Below are positions 34,161 through 47,959 of a stretch of DNA of 64,000 bases, piece by piece. The first letter of the stretch is position 1, and every line of letters begins with the position of its first letter. A program made the translations under genes and the position numbers. The notes under the pieces are model-generated. The model worked only from the letters and a program-made list of their open reading frames with translations. It had not been told where the DNA came from and did not search any database. Source of the DNA: Eledone cirrhosa (taxonomy: Eukaryota); assembly GCA_964016885.1 (NCBI GenBank), contig OZ024743.1, positions 369,148,001 to 369,212,000 of the forward strand, given 5' to 3'.

Positions 34161-36906
34161 GTGTGAATAATTTAACAAACATCTTATGTAGTACAGAGTA
34201 CATCATATATAAAGCAAATCATAAAAATATATTAAGAGTCTGAACTAAAGATTATGTTTCAAAATTCTAGTAAAAATACAATATTTATCTAATTATCACA
34301 TTATGTGTGTGCCCTGCAAAAGAACCACCTACTGCCTGAGAGCCACTGACAGCTCATGCCTGCTTGAAGTAAAGTCAAGTAGGTTTCAAAGTCATGGATA
34401 TACAAAAATTATACAAGATTTATGTCTTTATATATGGCTTTCAATGGAGTTGTGAAACATTTAAAATATTGAATATCAAAACTTTATAAATGTCTTCTCC
34501 ACTTATGCGAATTTCAAAATTGTACCATCTAAACGTAATGTAGGGTTTCGATTTTTGCCTGTTTTTCAGATATAAAATAGGGGTTCGGCTTATAACCAAG
34601 TATATACAGTAATTCAGTTATGTATGTACCAAAGCCAAAGTTGTGCCAGGTTTCACAACTCTATTTAGAAGTTTATCTTATGATTAGATTTTGAGATATC
34701 TGCAAGATAACACCTGGCTATCTGGTAACTGACAACGAGATAATTTGAATCTCAATGTCATGTGATCTTCCTTATATTATGTTCTTGGCTATGTGTAGAG
34801 ACACCAGTTCACACATGCACACAAACATACACAACATACACACACACACACAGAAAAAACCCCAAAAAACAACAAAAAATATGGATGCATGTGTTCAAGA
34901 ATACTCAAAGAATGAAAGACTAAGGAGTTTGTTGTGAACAACAGACATTTAAGAAGGCTCATACATTTAACTCTTAACATCCTGTATGACATGAAATAAC
35001 ATTAGTAAGATATTCTTGAAAAGTAAAACAAACAACACTACTGCAAAATTTCACATTGATCTGTGCACAACTCAAAATACTATAAACATTTGAATTAACA
35101 CCCATTTTTAGATTTTTTTCTGCTAAATCATCACAGGATATTAAGAGATGAGCTAGTGAGCTTTTCTCCACAAGTGCAATTCTAATTAATTCAAATTTCT
35201 TGGCTTGCTGCATTAAGTATACTAGGAGAAAAACCACCCTTAGGGTGGTTTTTTGCTAGCATGTGTAGTGTGCATATTTATATTATAAGCAAATATATAT
35301 GCATGTAGATATGATGCATCAAATAAAATCGTAATTGACAATATACACAGAAATTGAAGAGAGACTGTGTTACACTCTCTTCTGTAATCAGTAAAGTAAT
35401 CCATGATACATTAACAAAAGACAATATCATATATAAACTGCATATATGATAAATTAAAATGTTATGAAAATGAAAAAATAGAAAATTAGAAATATAAACC
35501 TTATATAACAATGCAAATATATGAACATTTATATCAGCGATGTGATGAGTGTTATGATATAACGGATGCTAACTGGAAGTGTTGACATTTGAAAATTTTA
35601 AAGAAGTGAATGTTAAAATAAGCAATATTTTATATATAAGAATATTTATGTTTAATGAAGAGCTACGAAATTTAGTAGATAAATTACATAATATTCATTC
35701 ATGATTTATTCAAAGTAATCCAACCAGCGGGATAAAAAAATATAAAAGGACGCTCTCCTGCACTCCTCCCTTTATTATATTATAGATTAGCATCAACCCA
35801 ACCATTCACTAACTCAGGCGTTTATAACAACATTACAAAATACAACATTAGCATGATCTTTTCTTATATTTCTGACTTCTCTATCTTTTCTAGTGATACT
35901 ATAAAGGTTTCTGTTGATCTGAATTATCAAACTCTATGCCACTCCAGGACAAACCAAATCACAACCCATTTTCCTCTTCTTATTCCTACAATGTGATACT
36001 TGTAATTTGTACAATGCTTACTTCCATTCCAGAACTGCAAAGGTATTAGTCATAGAAGTGGAAGAAATTGAATAAAATGACATAGAATAAATATGTGAAG
36101 GGACTTGGTTAGACTTTTCAGTTTTCACACACACACATCTATATATATCATCATCATCATTTAACTTCCTTTTTCTCTGCTAGTGAGGGTTGCATGGGTC
36201 ATCACAGATAGGCCTTCAGTCCCACACTCTATTGGGTGCATTTTACCATTGCTGATACTCCCTGCCAGTTGAAACTCTGGCATGGAGGCAGCATTTGAAC
36301 TCAGAATTCACAGAACTGGATCAGCTTTGCCAAACATTCCACCTGACTTTTTAACAATTCCATCCATCCACTGCCCCTGAACAAATACTTTGCTGACCCC
36401 GAAAGGATGAATAGTAAACTTAACCTTGATGGGATTTGAACTCAAATTTCAAAGAAGAAGAACAACTATGAAGGTATTTAATCCAGCATTCCTCCACTCA
36501 CACAGATATTAATCTTAACATTACAATAAAACATATCTGTCGTGATTTGCTGTGTTTTCTTTAGCGCTTGTCTAAAAGTCAACCACCCATTCTACTAAAA
36601 GACTTACAACAATTGGCTGTAAAAAAACGAAAACATCGTTAACAATATTTTTAAATGTCTTGGGGCAGGAATTAGGCAAAAATGATTCTTGTTTCAAATT
36701 ATGTAACCATATTTCTAATTGGTATCCTCTAAGCAGAGAAAGGAAGATAGAGAGAAAGATAAATTTGTAAGTAAAATGGGAGATAGGCTCATCACCAGAA
36801 CACTCTTCATGACCACTCTTATTGCAAAAGGTGTACCATTGAAATAGGTGGCAGCTGTAACATCCAGTGGCGCACACTCACGACAGGCTCGGAGAGAGAA
36901 AGAGTA

Positions 36907-37255
36907 TCATCATTCATCATCATCATTTCATTTTACGTCCGCTTTTTCCCTGCTTGCAAGGGTGGGATGGGAACTGATTCTGGCTTGATTTCTACAGCTG
37001 GATGCCCTTCCTAACACCAACCTCATTTACAGTGAATGCTGGGTGCTTTTTTGCCGTGGCACCTCCACGACCACTTTGCAGTGGAATGATATGGACCCAG
37101 TCCCTATCATCTCATTTCTACAGCTGAGTAAACTGGAGCAATGTGAAATAAAGTGTCTTGCTCAAGGAAACAACACATCACCCGGTCTGAGAATTGAACT
37201 CACAACCTTTCGATTGCAAGGCCAATGCTCTAACCACTGAGCCATGTACCTCCAG
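36907..37255 (-). mobile_element. tRNA-derived CORE-like SINE with RTE-derived 3' tail
   Basis: tRNA head (tggctcagtggttagagc...gagttcaattc), CORE-like ccttgagcaagacactt, RTE 3'UTR tail and (CAT)n. Confidence 0.82.
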
Positions 37256-37262
37256 TATGAAA

Positions 37263-37452
37263 ACAATAATTGTTTCTACTTTTGGCACAAGGCCAGCAAT
37301 TACCCAGTGCATTACTGGTACTTTACTTTATCGACCCCGGAAGGATGAAAGGCAAAGTTAACCTTGGCGGGATTTGAACTCAGATCATACAGGGAGGTAA
37401 CTCTATACTTCACAGCATGGCATCCGACCCTCTACCGATACTGCCAATCCAC
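37263..37452 (-). mobile_element. Nin/Deu-like tRNA-SINE copy
   Basis: Reverse complement of the 14624-14810 consensus. Confidence 0.88.
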
Positions 37453-37500
37453 ACAATAATAGAATATAATAATGCCTATTATTGTTTTCATACTCCCACA

Positions 37501-37896
37501 TCGATTTCAGTGGGAAATAATTATTTTTCCTAATTTTTTTCGCCTGCTGGCAACTAATCTTACCTCCGAATACACTACAAAGGACTTTTCCTCTGGAAAA
37601 CAGAGGGTTGGAAAGGGGATCCTCGGACTTTTCATTGCCTGCTCCCCAAGAATTTTCTTTACTGTTTTTCCCCTTCAGTTTTTTCGTATGCTACCAACTA
37701 ATCTTTCCTGTTAATGCTGCAAAGGATTTTTTCCCCAGAAAACGTAGGGTGGAGGGGTGAAAGTCCAAGGTTCACATCCCTTCGTTTTCCGGGGGAAAAT
37801 CCTATCAGCATATTTGGAGGTAAGTTTAATTGATAGCACTCGAAAAACAAAGAAAAAGAAAAACAGAAAAAAATTATTATTTCTCACTGAAACCAA
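37501..37896. mobile_element. MITE/foldback element with TIRs and internal ~65-bp direct and inverted subrepeats
   Basis: TIRs tttcagtgggaaataattattttt / aaaaattattatttctcactgaaa. The internal unit tttttcg..tgct..caactaatct...aaggatttt..cc..gaaaac occurs twice direct and once inverted. Confidence 0.65.
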
Positions 37897-37908
37897 TACC
37901 TATTTTAA

Positions 37909-38102
37909 TTGGCAATATCGGTAGGGTATAGTACATGTTTTGCAGCAGAGTTACGGCCCTTTACGTTCTGAGTTCAAATCCCGCAGAGGTTAAGCTTTGC
38001 TTTTCATCCTTAGGGGGTCAATAAAATATATTTAATCGACCCCCTCCCTCACACACACACACACACAAATTGTTGGCCTTGTGCCTAAATCAGAAACCAA
38101 TA
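37909..38102 (+). mobile_element. Nin/Deu-like tRNA-SINE (older variant)
   Basis: tggcaatatcggtagg...gagttcaaatccc...ttttcatccttagggggtcaataaa...tggccttgtgcctaaa. Confidence 0.75.
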
Positions 38103-38714
38103 TTAGGATCGATATATAAGTATGTGGGGGGGGGGGGGATGTCGGATCAAATGCCTTTCATAGTTGTTCTCTTTTGAACTGAGAAAAAATCCTGTCAAAA
38201 TATTACATAATTCTATGAGACTTTCGGTAAAGAAGAGAGAGAGAGAGAGATTAACAGGTAGGCAGTCAAACAGAACAAAAAAAAAGCGTGTATGCAATTG
38301 CTCGAACTGCTAAAAATAGCAGCCAAATCTCCCTCAAATTACACACTGAAAGAGAGATTAGAGAATGTACTAACTAATATATGAAAAATGCAGGATAATT
38401 ACAGCTGAAATGCATTTTATCATAGGTCTGTTCTATTGGAACTATGCTAAACATGAGTGTTTTTTATTGCTTCGAAGATATTTAGAGGGAATCACAGACG
38501 TTCTCTGTTGTATTTAATTTAAAGAGTGTGCAAACCTTTTTTGGTGTTGAGTTATTGCTATTGTTATTGTCTGTGTACTTCGTTAATAGTATTAACGAAA
38601 TAAAGTTCATATATGTATATATGGAGATAATCGACAGCAAAATTAGCCTCTTCGCGGTAGATATACTTGCTAGAAATAACAGTCAAAGTCCCTATAATCC
38701 GCATCTTCTTTTAT

Positions 38715-39285
<571 letters not shown>

Positions 39286-40014
39286 TACATATGTACGCAC
39301 ATATTTTGTGTTGGTGTTGTCCAGAAAGTGAAGGTGACATCTACGATATTTTCATATCATAAAGTAGTATATCTACCAATACACAGTCCAAAGGACAGTA
39401 TAGATAGGCACCCTACACAAAATACTCAAACTCTATCCACTCTAACGTCCATAAATCTAACTGGGAATCGTTTCATAAAGAGATCCTCTGGTAGAACTGG
39501 CCTTTAAGTCTACGTATGAAATGAGAAAATGAAATTTACAGCTGATATAATAGAAAGTTGCATCTGATAGGAGGTTTCTCATGTGATTCAAGATATGGAC
39601 TCCAGTCCTATCATGAAAAACAATATGAAATGAAGCCATTTGCTCAAGAATACGGCACACCACATGTTTTGGGAATTGAACTCAAGACCTTATGATTAAC
39701 CACAATGTCATGTGCCTTCACAAACTCTCTGTATGGAAGACAGTAAAATAATCTTAAGCAATTCATGTCAATAATACAAGCCATAATCCTCATCATTGTT
39801 GTTTAGTGTCTGCTTTCCCTGCTAGCAAGGGTTGGACAAGTCTACATAGACCACTTCAGTGGAGCTACTGACCTCCCAGGCAGGCCAGGGATCTGCATCT
39901 CACTTATGTAATAACATTATTTAAGAAAGAAAGGTTAGCATACACAAATATATAATTCCCTTAGACAGAACATTTTTTATTAGATGAATAATGAAGATCA
40001 CCAATGGCTTATAT

Positions 40015-40336
40015 CAATGGTTCTCAACCATTTTTTACCTATGGACCATTTTGATTCCTATTTTACTTAGCCTAAGTCCCATGGGAAAATAAACTAGAGA
40101 AAATATTCCTGTGTGTGTGTATGTATGTATACATATATACATTTATTTATACTTTATTTATCACCAACGATTCTGGTTGTCGTTTTTGTTTTTTTCCAGT
40201 ATCATTTCTTTTAATTCTCTAGGAAATATTTTGATCAACTGCTTTAATTAACTGTTATATTTATGTTTTTTCATGGCCCCCTAAAATACTGCCACACGCC
40301 TCCATGGGCCATATGGATCCCAATTGAGAACCACTG
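40015..40336. mobile_element. hAT-type MITE
   Basis: TIRs caatggttctcaa / ttgagaaccactg; degenerate 8-bp TSD gcttatat / acttaaat. Confidence 0.75.
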
Positions 40337-40539
40337 ACTTAAATGAACAATTTAGGAACAACAGAAAATCCCTTTGGAAAAGGACACTCTGAAAAGAAAA
40401 TCAAAGATTCCTATAAAGAAAAGAGAGCAGAAAGAGATACCAGGGCTTTAAAAAATATTTCTCTATAAAAACGAACTGTAAAGTTTCCTATGAATTTTCA
40501 AAAGAATCAGCATCAATGCATTATAAAACATGGCAGACA

Positions 40540-42660
40540 TTCATCATCATCATTATCTTAATTTAAAGTTTGCTTTCCCTGCTATCTAGAGTTGGATTCT
40601 TCTTGTGACGCTAAACTCCACCAGTTGCAGACTGCGCATTAATATGTGATATCTCTCTCCACAAAGTTCAATCACCAGCAGCAGAGTTCAAAGATCAAAT
40701 ATCAAGTCCAGTCCATAAGTTGACATTATCAAGCCATCGTTTTGGCTGCCGGTCTCTGCTTCTCCTACCAGCCAACCTTTCTTCCAGGCATAACCTACTC
40801 ACACCACGAGTTGATCTTTTTATATGGCCATATAGTTTGAGTACTCTTGACTTGACAATTGATGTAATTGGTCTAAGTTTGGTAATGTTGAGCAGCTCAC
40901 TGATACAGATATGGTCGCTGAGCCACTTGCCATTCATAAGTCTCATGATGTGGTTCTGGAATGTAGAGAGCTTCTGAAGTGACCTTGTCGTCCAATTAAT
41001 ACCTTATAACACAACTGGTAGAAGGTAAGTATCAAAGATCTTAGCCTTTAAATGATAGGAAACTCGTTTTGATGTTAGTACTTCCTTGTTCTTTTTGAAA
41101 GCTGCCCAACCTAGAGCGATTCGATATTGCACAGCAACCATTCCATTGTTGTTTGATGATAGTAACTTGAGCAATTTGCTGGTTGGAGATTGGCATTGTT
41201 TTTATCAGTGGTCATACACTTTGTTTTGGAGATGTTGATGTGTAAGCCAGCCTCCAGCGAATGTTTGGTCAGTACATTCAGAAAGTCTTGCAGATCAGTT
41301 CTAGGGTAACTCATTATGGCAGATCATCTGCATAGCTAAGATTTGAGAGGATTTTACCTCCTATTTGATAGCCAGAGGAGCATTCTTCTTCAGTTTGGTA
41401 GAAAAGTCTATACAGCATGTAGTTCCCAAGTCTGTTTTGATATATGCTGTTGAGTTGGTGTAAGTTTCTTTCAGTAGGTTGATGTATTTTTTGTTAATTG
41501 AGGTCTTGTTTAAGAATTGCCACAAGCTGGGTAGTTTCACGTTGTCAAAAGCTTTTGTGAAGTCAATGAAGGTGATGTGCACAGGGTCGTTGAATTGATT
41601 TCTCAATGATTTGTTCAATAGCTAGGATCTGCTCAATGCTATCTCTTCCAGGTTGATATGCAGCTTGTGTTTCAGGAAATGAGGCATAAAGGTCTGACTT
41701 CACTCGTGCTGCAATGATACTCATGAAAAGTTTGTAAACATGACTCAATAGGCTGTTAGGACAAAAGCTCCTACAATCAAGTCTGCTCCCTTTTTTGTAG
41801 AGTACAACTATCAATGCTTTCTTGAGCATGTCTGGGCTTTTTCCTGTAGTGATAATACAGTTAAAGAGATATTGAAGTGTTTGATAATTGGTTCACCTCC
41901 AGCTTTGATGAATTCTGAGTATATGTTGTCCGGTCCAGGGCTTTTTCCTCGCTTCAAATTTTTGATAACATGAGATATCTCACTAGCCAAGATAGATGGA
42001 ATGGCATCTGATGTTGAATCATGCTTGTTCTGAGTTCTTCATAGAATTTAGCCCAGTGTTCAAGGATATCATCTTTGGAAGTAAGGATAATATCGTCGAT
42101 AAGATTTCTTGGTTTAGTCTTTAGTTTCTTCAGAACAGAATGATATAACCTGTTGGGTGGTAGGTTATTCAGCTCCTCGATGTTGTTGTACATTTGCTTA
42201 AGTTTGTCTGATTTAACGAGTTTTTTAAATTCAGCCTTTGCTATTCTTGTGTGGCCACATTCTCTTCTTATTCTATGTTTTTCAGATATTGCTTTCTTTC
42301 TTTGTTGTGACATCCATGGTTGGATGGAAAGGCTTTCCTTAGGTAAAATCTCTTCAGATACCTCTTTTATGCCTCTGCAGATAGTATCATAAATCTTGTC
42401 AGAGTCTTCATCAGATTGCAAAGCTGAAAAGCGGTTTTGCAACTTGAGTTTAAATTGGTTTGCTGTTTCATTACATAAGAGTTTGTCTAAGTTAACTTTT
42501 GATGTTTTTTTAGTTCTTTGTGGCCAAACAAAGTTGATACGAAATCCTGTACGCACCATACGATGGTCAGATATATCAGGAGTGTTAAGAGTAGTGCTGT
42601 CTAATATCCTTAGTCTTGCTGAAGATTTTCTTGCCATTATAAAGTCTATTTGATTGGATA
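40540..42660 (-). mobile_element. Decayed RTE-group LINE (distinct family)
   Basis: QIDFI, SDHRMV, KSPGPDNI, LYKKG, QAAYQPGR, FIDFTKAFD, LSYADD, LKLYGHIKR. Confidence 0.88.
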
Positions 42661-42754
42661 GGTCGGGTCATTACTGAAGCGGGGCTAATAACCTCACAGA
42701 CAAGCCGGCGGGTGGGATGGTCTGCATCTCACTTACGTACAATCTCATTCATCC

Positions 42755-44398
42755 TCATCATCACCGTTTAACATCAATTCTTCGATGCGAGCATGGGTTA
42801 GACAAGTTATCCTGTTGTGAGCAATGCTAGATCTGGTGATCATGTCATGCTCATACAGAACCAATTTTGGCTTGGTTTCTACAGCTGGATGTCTTTCCTA
42901 GTGCCAACCCCATTTACAATGAGTACTAGGTGCTTTTTGTTCTGTCACCTACACAACCACTTTACAGTGTGGATTGGGTGCTTTTTGTTGTGACACCTAC
43001 ACGACCACTTTATAGTGTGGGCTGGGTGCTTATTATACATATGCTTCATCTTCGGCCTGTGCCCATAGGAAGTTGGGTTTTCTGTATTACTGCGTAACAC
43101 CAGAAATCCTGTCATCGCCTTTGGTAGGTGCAATTGGGCAAGGTCAGCTTTTATCACCTCATCCAAAGTCTTCCTGGATCTCCCCACTCCATGGCTTCCA
43201 TTTACTTTGAGTGCTCAGCACCTTTTTATACAGCTGTTATCCTTCATACACATCACATGTCAATACCAGTACAATCTCCTCTTCTGTATACTGCATCTGA
43301 TGCTTTCAGCATCTCAGCAACTATTCCCGATGGACCGACTGCTTTCCCAGTTTTCATATCCTTAATTGCCTTACTGCTACACTGCTGCTGACTTGTATGG
43401 CTGGGCTCTCTATGGGGTCCGCTTGGGGTAGGGTCTCTTACTCCCATGCATTCTCCTCATTCAGTAATCTTTCATAATGGCTCTTCCACTCAGCTTTCCT
43501 CTCAAGGCAAGTGTGCCTTTATCATCTCAGACACACTTCTCACCAATGACATCGCAATTTTCTCTAACACACTGTCTCACAATCCTGAACATCTCCTGCT
43601 TTCAGTCCTCATGCTTTGAAACATGCTTGAATTTTTTATCCTTTACTTCTCTTCTAGCTAAGTATACTTGTTGTCTAGCTGGCCTCTATGTAGTGCACCC
43701 TGCCTTCCCTGTTCTTCAATTTTTTCCATGCCTGTCTCTTGGTCTTAATTGTCTTATCTACTTTATTGTTCCACCACCAAGTCATTCTCCTTCTCCCTGT
43801 AGTCTTGCTCTATCCACAGATCTTGTCTGTCGCTTGCAGTAGGTTATCTTTTAGGAACTCCCAATGCCCTTCTATATTGAAAGTCTCTTTCTGTTCTTCT
43901 TTACTGTTATATACATCAAGCAAAATATCTCTAAATCTGTTACTGGCTGAGGGATCTTTCAGCTTCCATCTCCTTCTCCTGCAGGTCGGCATTTGTCTCC
44001 TTGTTTACCTAGCTCTAACCATGAAGTCACTAACTACTAGGTTGTGTTGGGAGGTGCATTCCTGATCAGGGAATAATTTCGTGTTTACCACTGACACTCT
44101 ATCTCATCCTCTGGTAAAGATAAAATCTATTTGGCTAGCATGTTCATCAGATCTATAGGTGATCAGGAGTTGTCAGACTTTTTGAAGTTTGTGTTGCATA
44201 TCGATAGGTCATTGGCGTCACAGAATTTTAGAAGCCTGAAACCTTCTTCATTTCTTGTGCCAGACCCATAACCTCCATGAACTCTGTAGAAGCCATTACA
44301 GTGTTTCCCAATGTGTCCATTAAAATCCCCCATGATGATTAGTAAGCAGCTCTCACCTATTAGCACAGTAGTGTGCATCAGGGATTCATAAAACCTAT
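42755..44398 (-). mobile_element. RTE LINE, internally deleted (endonuclease and linker joined to C-terminus)
   Basis: MGDFNGHIG, GKAVGPSGIVAEMLKAS joined directly to the C-terminal and 3'UTR segment. Confidence 0.85.
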
Positions 44399-45175
44399 CA
44401 TCATCATCATCATCATCATCACCGTTTTACGTCCGTTCTTCCACGCTAGCATGGGTTAGACGGGTTGTCCTGTTGTGGGCAGTGTCTGGTCGGCTGACCA
44501 TGCCTTGCTCATACAGGAACTGATCTGGCTTGATTTCTACAGCTGGATGCCCTTCCTAACACCAACCTCATTTACAGTGAGTGCTGGGTGCTTTTTCGTG
44601 GCGCCTACACGTCCACTTTACAGTGTGGGCTGGGTGCTTTTTTGCCGTGGCACCTCCACGACCACCTTGCGGTGGGGGGAGGGGGGCATATTGTTTATAT
44701 GCTTCAGCATGTACCCATGGGAGGTCGGGTACCCTGTATTACTGCGTGACGCCAGAAGTCACGGTCGTGTGTCATTGACTTTGAGAGGTGTAGTTGGGTA
44801 AGGTCGGCTTTTATCACCTCATCCCAAGTCATCTTGGGTCTCCCCACTCCGCGGTTTCCATCAACTTCTAGTGCTCTGCACCTTTTTATGCAGCTGTCAT
44901 CCTTCATACGCATCACATGTCCATACCAGCGTAACCGCCTCTCCTGCACGCAGCATTTGATTCCTCTTATGCTCAGTCTCTCTCTCAATTCCTTTATGCT
45001 TTGTCGTTCACGTATATTACTGTTACACATCCATCGGAGCATGCAGGCTTCATTTCTCTCTAATCTACGTAAGTCTTCCACCTTCAGCGCCCAGGTCTCA
45101 CTACCATGCAACATCGCTGTTCGGATACACGCATCATACAGTCTGCCTTTCATTCTGAGGGAGAAGCCTCTTTGA
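44399..45175 (-). mobile_element. Younger RTE LINE 3' fragment nested in the older one
   Basis: Open ORF 44704-45153 with RTE C-terminus, 3'UTR and (CAT)n tail. Endonuclease sequence resumes at 45180-45540. Confidence 0.9.
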
Positions 45176-45179
45176 GTTT

Positions 45180-45545
45180 ATCTGTCTACCCTGATTAGGG
45201 TGCATATGTAGATGTAAATGTGGTAATCTTTTTATTTAGGATTATTCTGTGTTTAATGATTCTCGCGTTCACTCTATTTACGGAGTTTATCTTATCTACC
45301 CATTTGTCGGCTAATAAGATACCTACTCCCTCCAGTCCATTTTCCTTTCCCACCCAGAAGAATTTGTAGCCCTGCTTTTTGCCTACAAGGAGTTTGACTG
45401 ACTCTCCTCTCCATCTAGTCTTTTGTACACAACATACATCAATTTTCTTCCATTCTAGCATCTCTACAATCACTCCTGTTCTCCCTCTCATTGTGCTCAC
45501 GTTTATGGTGCCGATTCAGAACTTTAGGTGTTTGCTATCAGCGGA
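45180..45545 (-). mobile_element. RTE endonuclease N-terminal fragment
   Basis: IDVCCVQKTRWRG...FFWVG...GVGILL...YAP. Confidence 0.85.
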
Positions 45546-46079
45546 GGATAGTGATGGGTAATTGTGGTGGTTTGGATGGGTGTATGTTTTCTGTATCTGA
45601 AGTGAGGAAGGTTCGCATTGTCGTCTGGAAACGCTTTAATTCATATTTATATTTATATTTAAGGTTGCTCCATCATTCTATTTCGTTTCAGCTCATCTAT
45701 AATAAACAGAGATCTTCAAGAGTAGAAACAATAGTAGACGTTATTGCCTCAGGTATTGGGTGGATTTTTGTATTGTTGTGGTTTGATTGGTCTAAGATGA
45801 TAAGGGGGCGGGATGAGAGCAAATGCGTCAGTATTAATATTCTCTATAGAATATGAATTGGGAGAGGGAAGAAAACGTGAAATATAAAAAAATAGGATTG
45901 AGAAGGAAATAGCTCACTGGTTGCAGACACTGAAATATAAGTAAAATACTGAATGAACAATATAATTCTAGATAAGAAAGTGGAAAACCATCGATTTGAT
46001 TAGCATAAAGCGGGAAGATCTAAAATCAGCCATAGAATACACAAGAAAATCTACTTCAGATGATTTTTTCGAAAGCTTC

Positions 46080-46240
46080 TTTACAAGAAGTAATCTCCCA
46101 CATAATTCAATTGTAGATTTGATATTTCCTGACTTTGCAAAGGTCTTTGATAAAATTAATCATAGAATTGTATGTCACAACCTGTGTGATCTCAGCATAA
46201 TTGGTAAACAAGGAGAACTCATGGATTTTATCTTACCATC
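46080..46240 (+). mobile_element. CR1/L2-like RT fragment
   Basis: VDLIFPDFAKVFDKINH resembles the RT motif DFSKAFD. Confidence 0.55.
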
Positions 46241-46299
46241 TTGACCCAGGGGTAGACCTTGAGCAAGATGGTTGGATACCATCCATGAGTTTGGTTGGT

Positions 46300-47200
46300 T
46301 GTGATCATGTTTAGGAGATCAACAAAGTATTCTCTCCACCTCATGAGGATGCACCTCTTTGAAGAGAGAACCCAAGATCCGTTCCTGATAGCAGGTGTGG
46401 GGGAAGACTTCTTATGAAGTCATTGGATGGTCTGCCAGAACACTTTATTTGTCTGATCTGAAGTCAGATTCTAGCTTAATATCCAAGTCCTCCCATGTCT
46501 TAACTTTGGAAGCCTTTACTGTCTCTGCTTCAATTCTTCATGCCTGCTTGTATCACAAGTGCAAGGAGGGCTTATTTCCAAGCAAAGTTTTGTGGGCCTC
46601 TTTCTTTGCTTGGATGACATCTTTGACGTCCTTTTGACATCCAACAACATTTAACAGTTGAAGCAGAAACTTCTGAGCTGAACAATATCCACTCTATTTC
46701 AATGTCTTCAGTTTGCCCAGGGAGTTCTACATATCTACACACCTCGTTCTGACTTCCTTATCCACCAATGCTTCCTACTTTATACTGTAGATTTACCTGG
46801 GCATGTCAGTTTCAAGGGCTTCTTTGGCTATAGGTAGTCTCAAGTTGCAGATAACTAGATGGTGATCAGTTGACAGCTCAGCCCCTCTCTTAACATGAAC
46901 AGCCATCACAGAATTGAAGGGATCAGAGACAATAATTGTTTCTACTTTAGGCACAAGGCCAGCAATTACCCAGTGCATTACTGGTACTTTATTTTATCGA
47001 CCTCGTAAGGATGAAAGGCAAAGTCAACCTCGGCGGGATTTGAACTCAGATCGTAAAGGGACGTAACTATGCTGGAAAGCATGGCGTCCGACCCTCTACC
47101 AATACTAATGATCTCTGACTCTGATTCCCCTTGTACCATATACATTTATGGATGTTGCTGCACTGGAAGAAGGTATTCATAATAGAAAGTTCATTGCTAG
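46300..47200 (-). mobile_element. Decayed RTE-group LINE (same family as 7975-9325) interrupted by a SINE
   Basis: KRGAELSTDHHLVICNL; LSIMNTFFQ; SINE at 46931-47105. Confidence 0.8.
46931..47105 (-). mobile_element. Nin/Deu-like tRNA-SINE copy
   Basis: Reverse complement of the consensus. Confidence 0.88.
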
Positions 47201-47959
47201 AACAGAATACAAGTGGTGAAATGGGGTTCCTCCAAAGGTTCTTTGGAGTAATGTTACTTGATAGAATGCATAGCCCAGAGATCAGAGATACTCCAGGTAG
47301 AGCTGGTAATCCTCTGAATTGAGAGATCACAGCGCCAATACTGTGGGCATGTTGTTAGAATGTCTCAGGAAAGAATTGCTGGACAGATTTTACAGGCAAA
47401 ACCAACTGACAGGAAACCCAGAAGTAGACCCCCGAGCAAGATGGTTGCATAACATCCATGAGTTCAGCTGGTCACACTTGAGGATCCAGCTAGATCAGTT
47501 GGAAATGATGACCTCAGCTTAGAGAAATGAAAGAAACTGTCTAGTCAAAGCAGAGCTCCAAATCTGTAACAATTTCTCAGAAAACTGTTGAAACATGTAC
47601 CAAAACTGCTGGCTGATGTAAAACTGTTGGAGATGGCAAGTAAAAGACTGAAATAAAAAAAATAGACATCTATATTAAATAAGCTACTACCTTTAATTTG
47701 TGAAGAATTTGGTTGGCATATGCTGTTTAAGCAAAAGTAAAAATGACCATTTATTTCTTCCAATTCTTTATTTTTACTGAATGAATACATGTATGTAATA
47801 TATAGTGTGTTTTAAAACATGTATATAATATACTGTGTGTTTTAAAATACACGTAATATATAATGTATTTTAAAATACATGTATGTAATATATATAGCGT
47901 TTTAAAAAATCATTTTAGAAAAATTACCTCAAAATAGCATTCATCCCATCTTGTCCAGG

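Noticed and set aside
36608-36728. Myosin-V dilute (DIL) domain-like peptide (QLEIWL...LQPIV)
   Set aside because: Superficial resemblance only; neighbouring candidate exons do not continue the domain.
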